A stretch of DNA of 63,690 bases, filler included, from Dicyema japonicum (taxonomy: Eukaryota; Animalia; Dicyemida): NCBI GenBank assembly GCA_011109175.1. It is 13 parts of 13 records of this genome, joined end to end, with 100 filler letters (N's around TTAATTAATTAA, not from the genome) between each part and the next. Parts side by side here need not be neighbours in the genome. Positions count along the whole stretch, not along the records: positions 1 to 1,740 come from RDEW01000156.1; positions 1,841 to 7,164 come from RDEW01000102.1; positions 7,265 to 16,507 come from RDEW01000251.1; 10 more parts are not named here. One strand, 5' to 3'. Under the pieces are notes generated by a model. The model had not been told where the DNA came from. It did not search any database and saw nothing but the letters and a program-made list of their open reading frames with translations. The first letter of the stretch is position 1, and the number at the start of each line of letters is the position of its first letter. Of the stretch, positions 1 to 11,966 are shown piece after piece. Made by a program: the position numbers and the translations under genes.

Positions 1-94
1 ACATCTTGACGATATATTACGTTTAGCAACTAGTCAGATTAATGAGTAAAATAAATTCACTTCTTTGTAATCATTTTTAACTAATAAATCTGCA

Positions 95-400
95 AGCGTT
101 GCCCTGGAACGGTTCGTTCCAAGCAAAACAGATAGTTTGTGCGTTACCGTTCACGATTGCAAACGAAACGAGATCCTCTGTCTCAGCCAAGAGGATTCTC
201 GTATATCCTTATTTTTGCGACCGATAATGATTTTTTTCTCGTTTGGCAGGATTGCATACAAAAATAAATTATGGCCTGCGAAGACAAAAAATCCTGCCGA
301 CCCCTGTCTTAGACAGTTGTGCGATCTGAATACTTCTGTTGGTCGGTGTTCCAGTCTGTAAAGCCCATTGTCAGAGTGCTGTGAAAGTAGATACATTTAC
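95..400 (-). mobile_element. CRE-like 3' fragment, interrupted by a hAT terminus
   Basis: RESSWLRQRIS, then AIVNGNAQ in a shifted frame; homologous to the RETRWLKERLSLAVVRGN end of the full element. Confidence 0.65.
262..306. mobile_element. hAT (Charlie/Buster-type) terminal inverted repeat
   Basis: Reverse complement reads CAGGGGTCGGCAGGATTTTTTG...GGCCA. Flank gtcTAaga fits an NNNTANNN target. Confidence 0.6.
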
Positions 401-959
401 ATAAGACTGACGAATTTAGTTTGATCACGTGATCAACAATGAGCCTCAGCAAATCCAAATCAAGTGAATTTCAAACCTAAACGTGACAATTTTACTAGTG
501 CGATATAAACTAAGTCCGCTGGTTCTCTGGAATGACTGACCTGTATCCTATAACTGATGGACGATTAAGGAGACCCAATGCCTATCCAACAGGTCATGTG
601 CTCTGACTCGACACTTTTCTCCAGACATTTGAAGTCGATTGGATGTCCTCAGGTGTAAAAAAATAAGAGACCCTTTTGGATTTTTCCTTGATTTTGCAGT
701 TTGTTGAAGAGACTATGAGATTCTTCTCCGTCCAGGGTGGGAATGAGGTTTTGGTTTTTACTTGACTGGAGATTTTTTTGTTGAAGCGTTATTGATTGCT
801 GGCTAACTATTTTAAATATCTAAAAGAGAGGAAATTATTTTGAACAGTGGTGGTGCAATTAATAATAGAATAGAATGCTCATAGAATTTGTGATATAGTC
901 ATGAAAAATGAAATGAAGAACTAAAACCGGGAAATTGGTAAACAAAAGATAGCAGGACA

Positions 960-1240
960 ATTTTCTCGCATTTATCTGCTCTTTTGGTACTTTCTGGTTT
1001 TTTTAATCAAGCATACAAGTGATGACTTGCTTAAACGTGGCCTCACTCTTTTTTGTATTACAAAGAAGACTCTGTAATTGTTTTCCTTGATTAGATCTTT
1101 GAGACTTTTTTGGGAAAAAGTCTATGTCTGAATTTTGAGGGTTGACACGAGGTATAGGATGTCTCTTTTGGAATACAACGAGTAATGAAAAGTGCCTTTT
1201 CTTTGATCCACATATTCTCGGCTCTCTACGACTGTACAAA
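960..1240 (-). mobile_element. Degenerate R4/Dong-like RLE LINE fragment (zinc-knuckle region)
   Basis: Broken frames resemble C..ET..H....C...RH. Weak. Confidence 0.35.
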
Positions 1241-1740
1241 AAACATATTGTACAAAAAATATTTATTCAGTTTTCTCCTCTGAAACTCGGTGATCGTCGT
1301 TCCTAGTAGATGTTTTTTTATGCTCCCAAATCTCTCAGGTCGCCCAATTTGCCTGTTTGTCTCCTGGGCTTCACGGGGATGGACACTCAGATGTAAAATT
1401 TATCACTTCTGAGCTGCAAGTATTATTGGACGAGTGAATAAACTAAAATATAAAATCTAACTTTAACCGAGCAAATGATTCAAAATGGCACCAATTCGGC
1501 AGATTTGCTTATCGAGAAAATTAAGGAAATGCAGACTTTTCCGTATGTTTCTCCACATCGATGTTGGTCTCGTCAAATTACATTGCAAGAAGATTTTGGT
1601 GTCTGTCCTGGGATGGTTGGATTTATTGGACGAAAAACTTTGTCCTGATTTAGTAATAATTTCTTTAAGTTTACTCAAAATATAAAAAGATGAGTCATAA
1701 AAATTAGAAATAATTTTCTCAAGCTTAATGACAAGGATTT

Positions 1741-1840
1741 NNNNNNNNNNNNNNNNNNNNNNNNNNNNNNNNNNNNNNNNNNNNTTAATTAATTAANNNN
1801 NNNNNNNNNNNNNNNNNNNNNNNNNNNNNNNNNNNNNNNN
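1741..1840. other. Artificial contig linker (N44-TTAATTAATTAA-N44). Similar linkers start near 7165, 16508, 20109, 25085, 30112, 32146, 34227, 52240, 54452, 58915, 62111; a plain 150-N gap is at 27977-28126
   Basis: Identical 100-bp structure each time; the 12-mer gives stops in all six frames. Confidence 0.97.
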
Positions 1841-2089
1841 CACGGCAGAAATCCGCGAAATTTACCTGACGAATCACTGTTCTAGCAGAACAAAAAGTAT
1901 TGAGGCTGAAAATAAAGAATGCTAAGACAGATGAGAAAGCAAAAGAATCACGAATATTGAAAGGAAGAACTCTTACAAAAATTACTTTTCAGAGACAATC
2001 GAAGCAATTAAGAAGTTTAATCCGGACGATCCGCTGGACCAGACAACATCTCCGCAGCACTACTGAAGTTTGGTCCAATGAAGTTAGCT

Positions 2090-3240
2090 GAAACAAACAC
2101 ACATATAATCAATAGTCCATTTGTGGAAGACTATTTGCTTGATATTGGTGAAGGGTGGTTGATTTCACTACATAAACCGAGTGAGCCCAGAGGGGTTTAT
2201 GCATTCTGAGACCTATAATTTTACTAAAGACTCTTCGAAGAACTTTATCCATAACTATATAAAAGTTGGATTTGGGGGTCTTGGAATCCGTCGTACATTG
2301 GACGTCTCACTTCCTGCACATCTGTTCACTCACGGCCTGCGAACCTTTGGTCAGGAGGATTCTACACTCCCTAGCAGAATTCTCAATTGACCAAGACATA
2401 ATCCACGCACGAGAAGCCTGGAATCCCACCGACCTCCCCCTGCCTCCTTCACAAGACTGCCAGCGAAACCTGGACAATTTATTATCATATTATGTTGGAA
2501 ATCATTTGGACTCCTACTGGAATCAGCCAATCAGTACCGACGCGCCTGTTTGCCTTCGGGGGCTTCCCCCGAAAGCGGAGCTTGGCTAAACGCCATCCCC
2601 AATTGAGTTCGGGCACCTTTCTGGATGATGAATGCGTTAGAAGTGGTATCTCTCTACGGCTGTGACTAAAAGTATGTGTACCTCACCCGTGCCGATGTGG
2701 CATCCTGATAGACTACTATGGCCTGCACCCTCTCGCCTGCAAGAGGAGCGCTAGCAGATCTCCAAGGCACAAGGCTCTGAATGAGATTATCAAGCGGGCT
2801 ATGGATGCTGCTGGATACTCGGTCATTCTTGTACCGATCGGGTTATGCAGAAGTGACGGGAAACGACCGGACCATATTTCCCTTTGAGGCCGGGAAACCA
2901 CTTATTGAGACGTGACATGTACAGACACGTTCGCCCCTAACAATCTTCACGAGTGCGCTTCAAGAGCCTGCTCTGCAGCCGTTAAGGCGCAAAAGGCCAA
3001 ACTCGAAAAATACGTCGATTTTCCCGATAATGTCAAATTTGTTTACCTTTCTATGAAGACTACCGGATCCTACTCCCCTCTACACTCGAGTTTTTCGTAC
3101 GTCTCAGAAACCGGATCACCTCATGCACTTGAGATCTCCGTGAACCCTGGTAGCTATTTGAGCGAATTTCGCTCGCAATTCTGAAAGAGAACAGCCACGC
3201 AGTGAGGGTGGCAACTAACTAATGTTTTAACCAATAAAAT
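2090..3240 (+). mobile_element. CRE-like 3' third (post-RT domain plus RLE), frameshifted
   Basis: GFGGLGIRRTLDVSLPA, AWLNAIP, FLDDECVR, HPLACK, PFEAGKPL, DVTCTDTFAP. Confidence 0.85.
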
Positions 3241-4429
3241 TTAGTCATAAAAAAAGCTGTACGAAATAAAAGACAAAGTGAATGGAGCTACACCATAGTG
3301 GATCAAAAGTACGTCATCTGTTCAACTTTCCAGCTAACTAGTCACTCCATAACCACTAATATTGGTTTTCAATTAATAGCCAAAAAATTATGTTTCAGCA
3401 GCTTCTCAGTATATATCGGGAGCGCTGGTATTATGGGAGTCTACTGATTCACTATACAACCTCCCTTCCTCGTTCCTACTAGAGTATAACCTTTCAGGAA
3501 ATCGCAGCTGCTAAGGCCTATAACTGTTGAGATTTCAGTTGAGATGGAGTTTGATGATTGTTCACCCAACCGATTAAAAAACTCCAGAGTAATGCTAAAA
3601 AAATACCACATTTAGGTATTATATAAAACTAACTTTTTATTTTTATAGAAAAAAGGACCAAAAAAAGTAAGGAAGGCAGGGTAAGCCGAACGATGGCAAT
3701 TCCAAGACGTTCGAGGACCAAAGGGAAAATTTACATATATTTCACATACCATTCGTCATTTGTACTTATCCTTGGAATAGATCCAACGGTTCCTGCAATG
3801 TAATTGAAGCGTATTTCAAGTCTACCCGAAAATATCAAAGACGATGGAGTACACTATACTCGTTGAAATCCAAGAAGACCGATAAATTTAAAAATAAAGC
3901 TAGAAGAATAAGATAATTTAAACACTTTCTGAAAATTGGATCTCGAAATGAGGCTTCTCATGAAAAAATTTGTCTGTTCTCATGAAAAAATTCACGTGAC
4001 GAGCAGATCATAATTTTTATGTTGCGTTTGTGAATACTAATAGCAATCATCACATTTCGTTAATTAAATTAACTATTGGTGTTCTTGGGTTAATAATAAT
4101 AATTAGTGGATATTTGGTTTGGGATCTTAAAAAATTACTGACAGATCTATGGGAGCGTCCGAGCTTGTTAGTTAATTTATGTTTGCCGCTGGTTTCCTTC
4201 ACTCGAAGGGACTGGGGGGAATGTATATGACACATAATTAGTTCCAAAAGTTCGTGCATCCGAAGTTTCCTTAGTTCTCATATTGTCCATCCACATATAA
4301 AGAAATGGACAGGGAGATATAGCCATTTTAAAAATGAAGACATCACTCTCATATTAGAGGTACATCACCACCTCAACTTTACTATTAATTAACAAATAGT
4401 CTATCCAGTCAGAGGTTTTACAATAATGA

Positions 4430-4650
4430 ACATTGTCGTTAACCCAAATCATCTTCATCCGGGATCGACTTTCCGGGGAAGACCACGAATTACTCTACCA
4501 ACCTTTCTACATCAAGACCTAACTTCGATTGGGAAAGGGTTGACGTCGGCAGATGATCTTGAGCACCTGATGGACCTATCGAGGAACAGAGGGAACTGGA
4601 ACTCACATGTAGAGAAAATGTCATTAACAATGAACAAAGATTTTTAAATG
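4430..4650 (+). mobile_element. RTE-like LINE 3' end
   Basis: RGRPRITLPTFLHQDL...DLEHLMDLSRNRGNW is a typical RTE-type ORF terminus. Confidence 0.5.
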
Positions 4651-5399
4651 CCTTAAATGGACAAAAAAAACTTATTTAAGTTTTAATAAAATAAAATTTA
4701 TCTTTGCTTTAATAATACTTGCTTTGTAATTTCTTATTGAAGAAATTAGAGAAACTCCATGTTTATTCTTTTCATAGTTTCCTCTTCCGCAAGGGAGAAT
4801 AGACTAAGTTTTTCCAAATTTTAAACTTGAACAAGGAGAATAGACTAAGTTTTTCCAAATTTTAAACTAGAACGAAAAAGTCTGTTGGCGATGTTACTTC
4901 AGTGAAAGTTCAATATTTGGTGGGACACTTTTCTTTTCGTTTTGTCTTCACAAGAATCGTTCTGCTTTCACTCTTATATGGATGCGAGAATCTCTCCCAG
5001 GAAAAAGAAAATTAAGACCAAAACGACTCCCTATTACGTTTGTTATCCGGATGTGATCCAACGCGAAGTTAAACGAAGACAAGAAAAACTAATATGAAGA
5101 AAAGATTTGTGACTTTCCTATGATCTGCCTTCATATGTCAAAATTATCGAGGAATGACTGGTTCATGAATGACCCATGAAAATCCAGGCCCTTCGAGCTG
5201 AACTCATGTTATTTCAACTTCCCTCACATTTAACCTTACTTGGTGTTTAGCTTATGAGACAATGCCTTGGGTACGAATTCTTCCTTTATCTAAGTTCTCT
5301 TTCTATGCTCTGTGCTTTCTTCTCGTTCAATTAGCTTCGTATCTTGTGATCCATTTGTCTTAGGAGACGCCTAGTGGCAATACAATATCAAAAATGATC

Positions 5400-5950
5400 A
5401 TTTGCACATAATTATTCTGGAGGAGTTCCTACACGTGTGATTATGGATGGATTTGTCTCTCTGTGACTGTAGTGGGGACTTAATAAATCTATGATCAATG
5501 TTCGTCAAGTGGTCAGTTAGTCTGATGTTGGGATGCTTCAAATCCCATGTAGCCAAAAAATTGACAGACCTTCTATGATAATCAATCAGATACTGCATGT
5601 ATCGGATGATGTGATTTTAATTAACCTTCGTAATCACGAAAAGGGGAGGGTCGATAATATAAAAATTGACAATTGGAACATCTAAAGTATGAAGGTCGCT
5701 AAGGAAGAGGTTGAACGGTGTTTGAGACAATAAGGATCCTTGTGGAACTCCGTATTAGAGGTATCGAGATTTTGACTTTTCTTTGAGTTGTTGTTAGATT
5801 TTGTCAACTATGACTTGATATTATGGCGTATAGACGTTCTGAAATTTTTTAACTCGAATTTGGATAGTCTTGATCCTTGAGATGTGTTTTATGTCCGATA
5901 TCACATAAAACCTCCTAAGATTGTTGGGATTTATGCCTGGTATGTTGCGC
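5400..5950 (-). mobile_element. Degenerate APE-LINE fragment (RT and endonuclease pieces)
   Basis: YGVPQGSLL..PFNLFLSDL on the minus strand; WDLKHP resembles the APE GDFN.HHP.W region. Confidence 0.55.
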
Positions 5951-7299
5951 TTTTGAGTGTGGAAGAAACTTCTTGAGGCTCTTTGTCTATTTTCATATGG
6001 TAAAAAGCGGGTTTCGCGTGGATTTTCTCAGAAAAATTTCCCAGGGTTTTTTGTTATGTACTGCAATGTTCCACGTGAATTTTTTATTAGTTCTGAATTC
6101 TTCACTAATTTCAGTAGACTGACATTCAAGGTTTTTTAATTCGTCATCCTCTTTTATGAGGACCAGACTTTCGTGTTAGAAATACGAAAGCTGTGACTTA
6201 CCCATCTGAGTAATATCTCATGTTTGGGTGGAAGTAAAGTAATATTTTTTTAATAAGTTATGTTCCTAGGAGGAGGGCCGGAGTGCTCGTGAGAAGTTGA
6301 CAATGATCCTTTCTGTATAAATTAATCACTGTTTTCTTGGAATTCTTACGACGATTGGGTTATGATGACATTTAAATTAGTCGAGTAACATTTTGTGTTT
6401 ATTTATTTAACCTCACAAATGCAAAGAAAAAAGTCATTAGGCTAATTAAGGGATCTCTGTATTCCTTATGAATGTATTTGAGAGCAATGCATCGCCGGTG
6501 TTCCTTATTGTCCCCACCGCTGACCGGTAACCACCTTATTCCTCTCAATAGAGTTTACAGAGGTGTGGACCTACTGAGAAGTTGGGGGATTGTACAGATT
6601 TCACTGCTGACCGGTAACATAGGTATGAATGCTCGCTGAAGAGTTGGAGAAAATAGACTCCATTCTTTTTGATTACTGATGAAATCAGTAAAGGAAGAAG
6701 AGGCATCCAGAGTGACCAATTTACGGGTCCGATTTGAGGGAGTTGAGTTCCTTTACATTAAAAAATGAAAGACTGAAAGTCTAGGATCATATGTATGCTG
6801 TACAGTCGGTTATATAGGTTATCGTGAATTACTGTGACAGTCAGCACAGGCACTAAATAATTCTGTATCTGATTCATTTGCAAGCCCGTAAGTCAGAATG
6901 AACAGTATTGATTATTTTAACAACTCACATTTTTATAACTAACCCACTTGTAACAAGTCTTCTGAAGTAATCTGCTCTCAGACCCAAGCAATCCAAAAAT
7001 AGTCCCCGAAAATTTTGTCAAATGTTTTTTCTATGACATAATTGACTTCTCTCTGAAACCTGGTGCCTTATAAACTAAATCTGTTTAATGCAAATTAACT
7101 AAATGACTAAAAGGTAATCGATATCTTTATAATGTTTTGAATTTATTATTATTAATACAACATTNNNNNNNNNNNNNNNNNNNNNNNNNNNNNNNNNNNN
7201 NNNNNNNNTTAATTAATTAANNNNNNNNNNNNNNNNNNNNNNNNNNNNNNNNNNNNNNNNNNNNCGTTACGCGCCGCCCATGTGACATATTATTATATG

Positions 7300-9180
7300 C
7301 ACACAAAAACACTTATCAGAGAAAGAAATAAATTAAAGAAACAAAATGAATTATCAAATGACGATTTCCAAAAAAATGAAATTCTTGAATATACAAATTA
7401 AACAAGTTATTCAGTCTAGAATCAAGAAGCGATGGACATCACTTATTGATTCTCTATGGCCAAATACATCCGAGACGCTGATATGGACGAAAATTAAATA
7501 TTTGAGACGTTGCAATGAAGGCTCTGAGAAAGTCCTCCGCGGACAAGGATGTAGCAACATCGACCCAAATATTTTAATGAAGCACTATGTCGCGATCAGC
7601 CATAAAAAATTTCTCGAAGGAACGCAGAGTCTACAAGAAGAAGTTGTATCCATCATATGATTTGATTGTCTTTACTCCACAAGAAGTTCGAAACGCAATC
7701 ATGGATGCCAAAAACTCCCGTTCCCGAGGTGCTAAAAATGTCTCGATGATGGAACTGAAACACCTTGGTGAAAAAGCAACCAAATTCCTATCATACGTTT
7801 ATACTATATCTGTGAACAATAATATGCTACCTTCTATATGGAAGAAATCTATAATTCTGCCAATTCGGAAGCCAAACAAACCTGCAAACGATCTCTCTTC
7901 TTATCGTCCAATTGCAATACTATGTGCAGTGTCCCGAATTTTAGAAAAATTAATCTTAACACGAATCAAAAATATTGTACCAAATCGAGTATTCCAGCAT
8001 GGATTCCGTGAAAACCATTCTACTACGACTCACCTAACAAAATTAACTCAATATATATCCGATGGATTTTCCTATCCAAAACCACATAAAAGGACCATAG
8101 TGGCTTCTACTACGACTCACTTAACAAAATTAACTCAATATATTTCTGATGGATTCTCTTATCCAAAACCACATAAAAAGACCATAATGGCTTCAATAGA
8201 CTTGAAGAAAGCATTCGACTCCGTTTCCCGGACGCTGCTTATAGATAAAAATTTCTAACACTCTTATAAATCCAAACATTAAAAGATGGCTGTCGAACTT
8301 TTTAAGTGGAAGAAGAAGACAATTGATGTCAGACAACAGAAAATATAAATCCCGTTTATTGCCGAATGGTGTTCCTCAAAGTTCACCTCTCTCCCCCCTG
8401 CTCTTCAACCTGTCCACCAATGACCTTCCCACCAATGACGATCCCAATACATTAATATTTTCATACGCAGATGACATTGTTCTTTCAACGAGAGACTCTA
8501 ACTATGAGGAGGCAGGGATAAAACTTCAAAGTTATATTAGTATGTTGGAACATTGGCTCACATCAAATCGACGGGAAGTTTCTACAGGAAAGTCGTTTAT
8601 AACAATTTTCTCTACATATAGAAGATCATTATACTCTCCCAAAATCAAATTGTTTAGATATGAATAAGTTTCCAACAATACTAGGATTAAAGTTGGATAC
8701 TCTCCTGACATTCGGCCAACATGTCGATGACGTTATTACCAAAGTCAGGAGGAGGACCAACATATTGAAAATTTTGTCCCGATCACCAATCGGGCACAAC
8801 ACCTTCTTACTACAGAAAATTTGCAATCAATACATACTGCCAGTAATCGAATATGCATGTCCCTCTTGGAGCTCGATGATTTCTGAATCGTCGTCTCAAA
8901 AATTAGAAGCCGCGCAACTTGCTGCCTTAAAAATAATAAATAAGAAAACTGTGGATAACGTATTGAATGTTAAAGAACACCTAAGGTGGAGAGTGAAGTC
9001 ATTTCTACAGTGGACAACAAAAACCGGCTGTCCGCTTTCACTCTCTATATCTGACTATTTAGTAAATGCGGGAAATCTATGGAGAATGAAAACGTCCCCG
9101 TTTCTACCAAATCTGTTGGATCTTCGCGGACCCCGAACGATAGCCAGAACTCGGAAAACCGGGAACACTTAGTTAGTAGT
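7300..9180 (+). mobile_element. Jockey/I-like LINE ORF2 3' portion (RT plus C-terminus), frameshifted, with an internal 87-bp duplication
   Basis: WKKSIILPIRKPNK, SSYRPIAIL, QHGFRENHST, IDLKKAFDSV, GVPQSSPLSP, SYADD, ILGLKLD, EYACPSW. Ends GNT-TAG. Confidence 0.92.
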
Positions 9181-9615
9181 TAACTTTTAACTTTTTCTAA
9201 TCCGGTGATCTTGGGGTAAAAAAAACAAGTGACCCTTGTGGGTTGGTTCGATGAGAACCTTCTTGAAGAAGGAGAGATTTTGCGGATTATTCCATGTTAT
9301 TTGAGCGAATCTCACTCGCTATCCGGAAAGGAAATAGCCACGCAGTCAGGGTAGCCGCTATATACAACCGTTTACTCGCTTTTCTTTGTGGTTAATAAAT
9401 CAATAATGAAATTAAAAGTAATTAAATATAAATAAAATAATAATAACAAGTAAATTAACTAATTAAACGTATTTTGATCCAGATTGTTGGTAATCTCTTT
9501 TCTTTACTCGCTTTTCTTTGTGGTTAATAAATCAATAATGAAATTAAAAGTAATTAAATAGAAATAAAATAATAATAACGAGTAAATTAACTAATTAAGC
9601 GTATTTTGATCCAGA

Positions 9616-10560
9616 TTGTTGGTAATCTCTTTTCTTCTCTTAGAAGAAGAGCGACGAATCGGGGCTTTTGTCGACAGAGTTCGGACATGGTGCGATAGGA
9701 GAGGGATGAAACTATCCACAGAAAAATCCAGTTACTTGCGAATATGCAGGCTGGATCGACACCAGANGTTTAAAAGAGGAGTGCCGCAGGGGTCTATTCT
9801 AAGCCCTCTATTATTCAACATATTTATGGAAGACTTTCCTTCTCCACAAGACGTTAGGACCAAGCTGATGATATATGCGGATGACATCTTAATCCTAGAC
9901 TCATCTCTGAAGTCCTACATCTCTGAGCGACGAATCGGGGCTTTTGTCGACAAAGTCCAGGTTTGGTGCGATAAGAGAGGGATGAAACTATCCACAGAAA
10001 AATCCAGTTACTTGCGAATATGCAGGCTGGGTCGGCACCAGAGAAAGTCCTATACGCTACGGATACCTAGAGTCTCTAGCCTGTACTACCTGGGGATTGC
10101 AGTGGATGGAAGAGGATCGTATCGGAAGGACATCGAGGAGCGGAGGAAGAAGGCCGTTCAAGCGATGTTCTGCACCAGAAAACTAATGTTGGATGTCGAT
10201 ACAATGCTCTTTATCTTCCGAATTGTGATTCTTCCAAGACTGATTTACGGATGCGAGGGATGGTTTTATACTCCCTCGAGAGAAAGGATTCTCGCTCGCC
10301 TGGAGAAAACAAGGCGAGCGGCGATAAAAATATCTCTGGGGAGGAAATTGCATGAAAGCCTAACTGAGGAAGAGAATAACCTTGTCAGGCCAGTAAAGAT
10401 AGATATCCAAGTATGGTTGGGTAACCAGCTTTACAATACGTAGTAAAGCTGGACGACTAAAATGGAGATGGGATACGTGTGAAGTGTCCAGGCCGCAAAG
10501 GCGGACACGATTAAAAATCCTTTTAACTAACTCCTTACTTACTTTGGAATAAATTTGATT
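9616..10560 (+). mobile_element. LINE RT C-terminal half with intact 3' UTR hairpin and (TACT)/(GATT)-type tail
   Basis: GVPQGSILSPLLFNIFM, IYADD, YLGI, LIYGCEGW. 3' end GTGTCCAGGCCGCAAAGGCGGACAC is shared with the copy at 54110-54451. Confidence 0.88.
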
Positions 10561-11085
10561 TGGGACGATTGCTTCAGTAGAAAAAATTTTAAGTCTGGAG
10601 AGTTAAAGATTTTAACTTCAGTAGAAATTAATCACTTTGCACCAAGGAGTGGGGACAAGCTCGGAGTTTTTGTGATGCCTCAGAATCTAAGCAAAAATTG
10701 TGAGCACCCATATGTGGAGCAAGATATTGGAAGCGACCATCTTCCACAAACTTTGGAAATAAGGACGGAGCCTATATCTGCTGAAAGAACTTTTGTTGGC
10801 TACAACCTTAATAATGTCAACTGGGTTGATTTCGATTATTTTATACGGGTGAAACTGGGAAATGTCTGTGATCTATTGATCTTGGACTCCTCAGATATTG
10901 ATTACTTGGATTACAAAATTAGGACTTTGATATTGTGTTATTTGGACGAATATGGAAGTAAAAAATTCCGTATGCCGCATGGATGCTCATCAATGAGCTT
11001 TAAGAAGATTCCCTCCATCGAGAGAAAAAATCACTTTAAAGTAAACTCAAAAGATGTTAAAACATTACCGACTCGGAAAAGCTAA
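10555..11085 (+). mobile_element. LINE APE endonuclease C-terminus and linker
   Basis: DIGSDHLP catalytic motif followed by YNLNNVNW. Confidence 0.75.
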
Positions 11086-11154
11086 AGGTTCAGATCAGCT
11101 TAGTGAAAAATGAATTAATGGAAATATCCAAACGAAAACAGGAAAATAAATGGA

Positions 11155-11330
11155 NCGAATCATCGGGAGCCGTTGGTCCAATGACGGCTGAGTTCTTGCA
11201 AGAACTCGGAGAATTGCTTGCTAGAAAGAAAAGGGATCAACGAGAAGGGTTATGGTTAAGACAAAAGATTGGAATAGCCATACTCCGAGTGAACTCGTTC
11301 GCAATCCACGCAGCAGGCTTCCTCAACTGA
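11155..11330 (+). mobile_element. CRE-like 3' terminal fragment
   Basis: ESSGAVGP..EFLQELG..WLRQKIGIAILRVNSFAI. Confidence 0.8.
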
Positions 11331-11966
11331 CATTTGTTTAATTGTTAAAGTTTTTTTACCTAAAAAAAATTGAGACATACAAAATCACTAAAGCTATTTT
11401 TAATTTATTAACCCCGAATACACCGAGAAAGAAGTTAAAGTAAACAACTAATTAAATGTATCCAGTTTCCACTTCTACAGATAGAGTCCATCCAAAATCA
11501 GCATAAAGGGTAAGACGTCCATGGTTGCTAGTTAAATGTTGTTCTTAAAAGAGTTACAAGAAAATTATATTATGTAGTAAACAGGCCCGTGCAAATGTTA
11601 CCTCCAGGGTCAAGTAATTTATAAGATAACAAAAATGTTACTTTTATTTGATAATTTTTATTATTTTAAAAAGCTTTTTTATGCTTTTTAAATTTTAGCT
11701 CAACTAATCATTTTTTTATTTTTCTATTTTATACATTAAAAATGAGATTTTTCCACTTTTTATTTTTTAACGAAAATTAACCCGTGCATATGTTACCACC
11801 AATTTTAAAAAAAAACAGGTTGCCCATAGGCTTCATGTTACCCATGTGACATATTAAGATGACAATATGATTCTATTTGTGTTGCTAATAATAATATTTC
11901 TATCGGCAAAAGATAGAAAATTACTCAAAATTACAAAATAAATTACAAAGAAAACTTAAACAAATA

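Noticed and set aside
1785-1796. TTAATTAATTAA recurring 12 times as a possible conserved motif, and ORFs containing X runs
   Set aside because: Always centred in a 100-bp N block; it is an assembly linker.
6520-6660. Repeated CTGACCGGTAAC and GAAG(A)GTTGG blocks as a possible CRISPR-like array
   Set aside because: Only two short imperfect copies, in a eukaryotic context with no cas genes.
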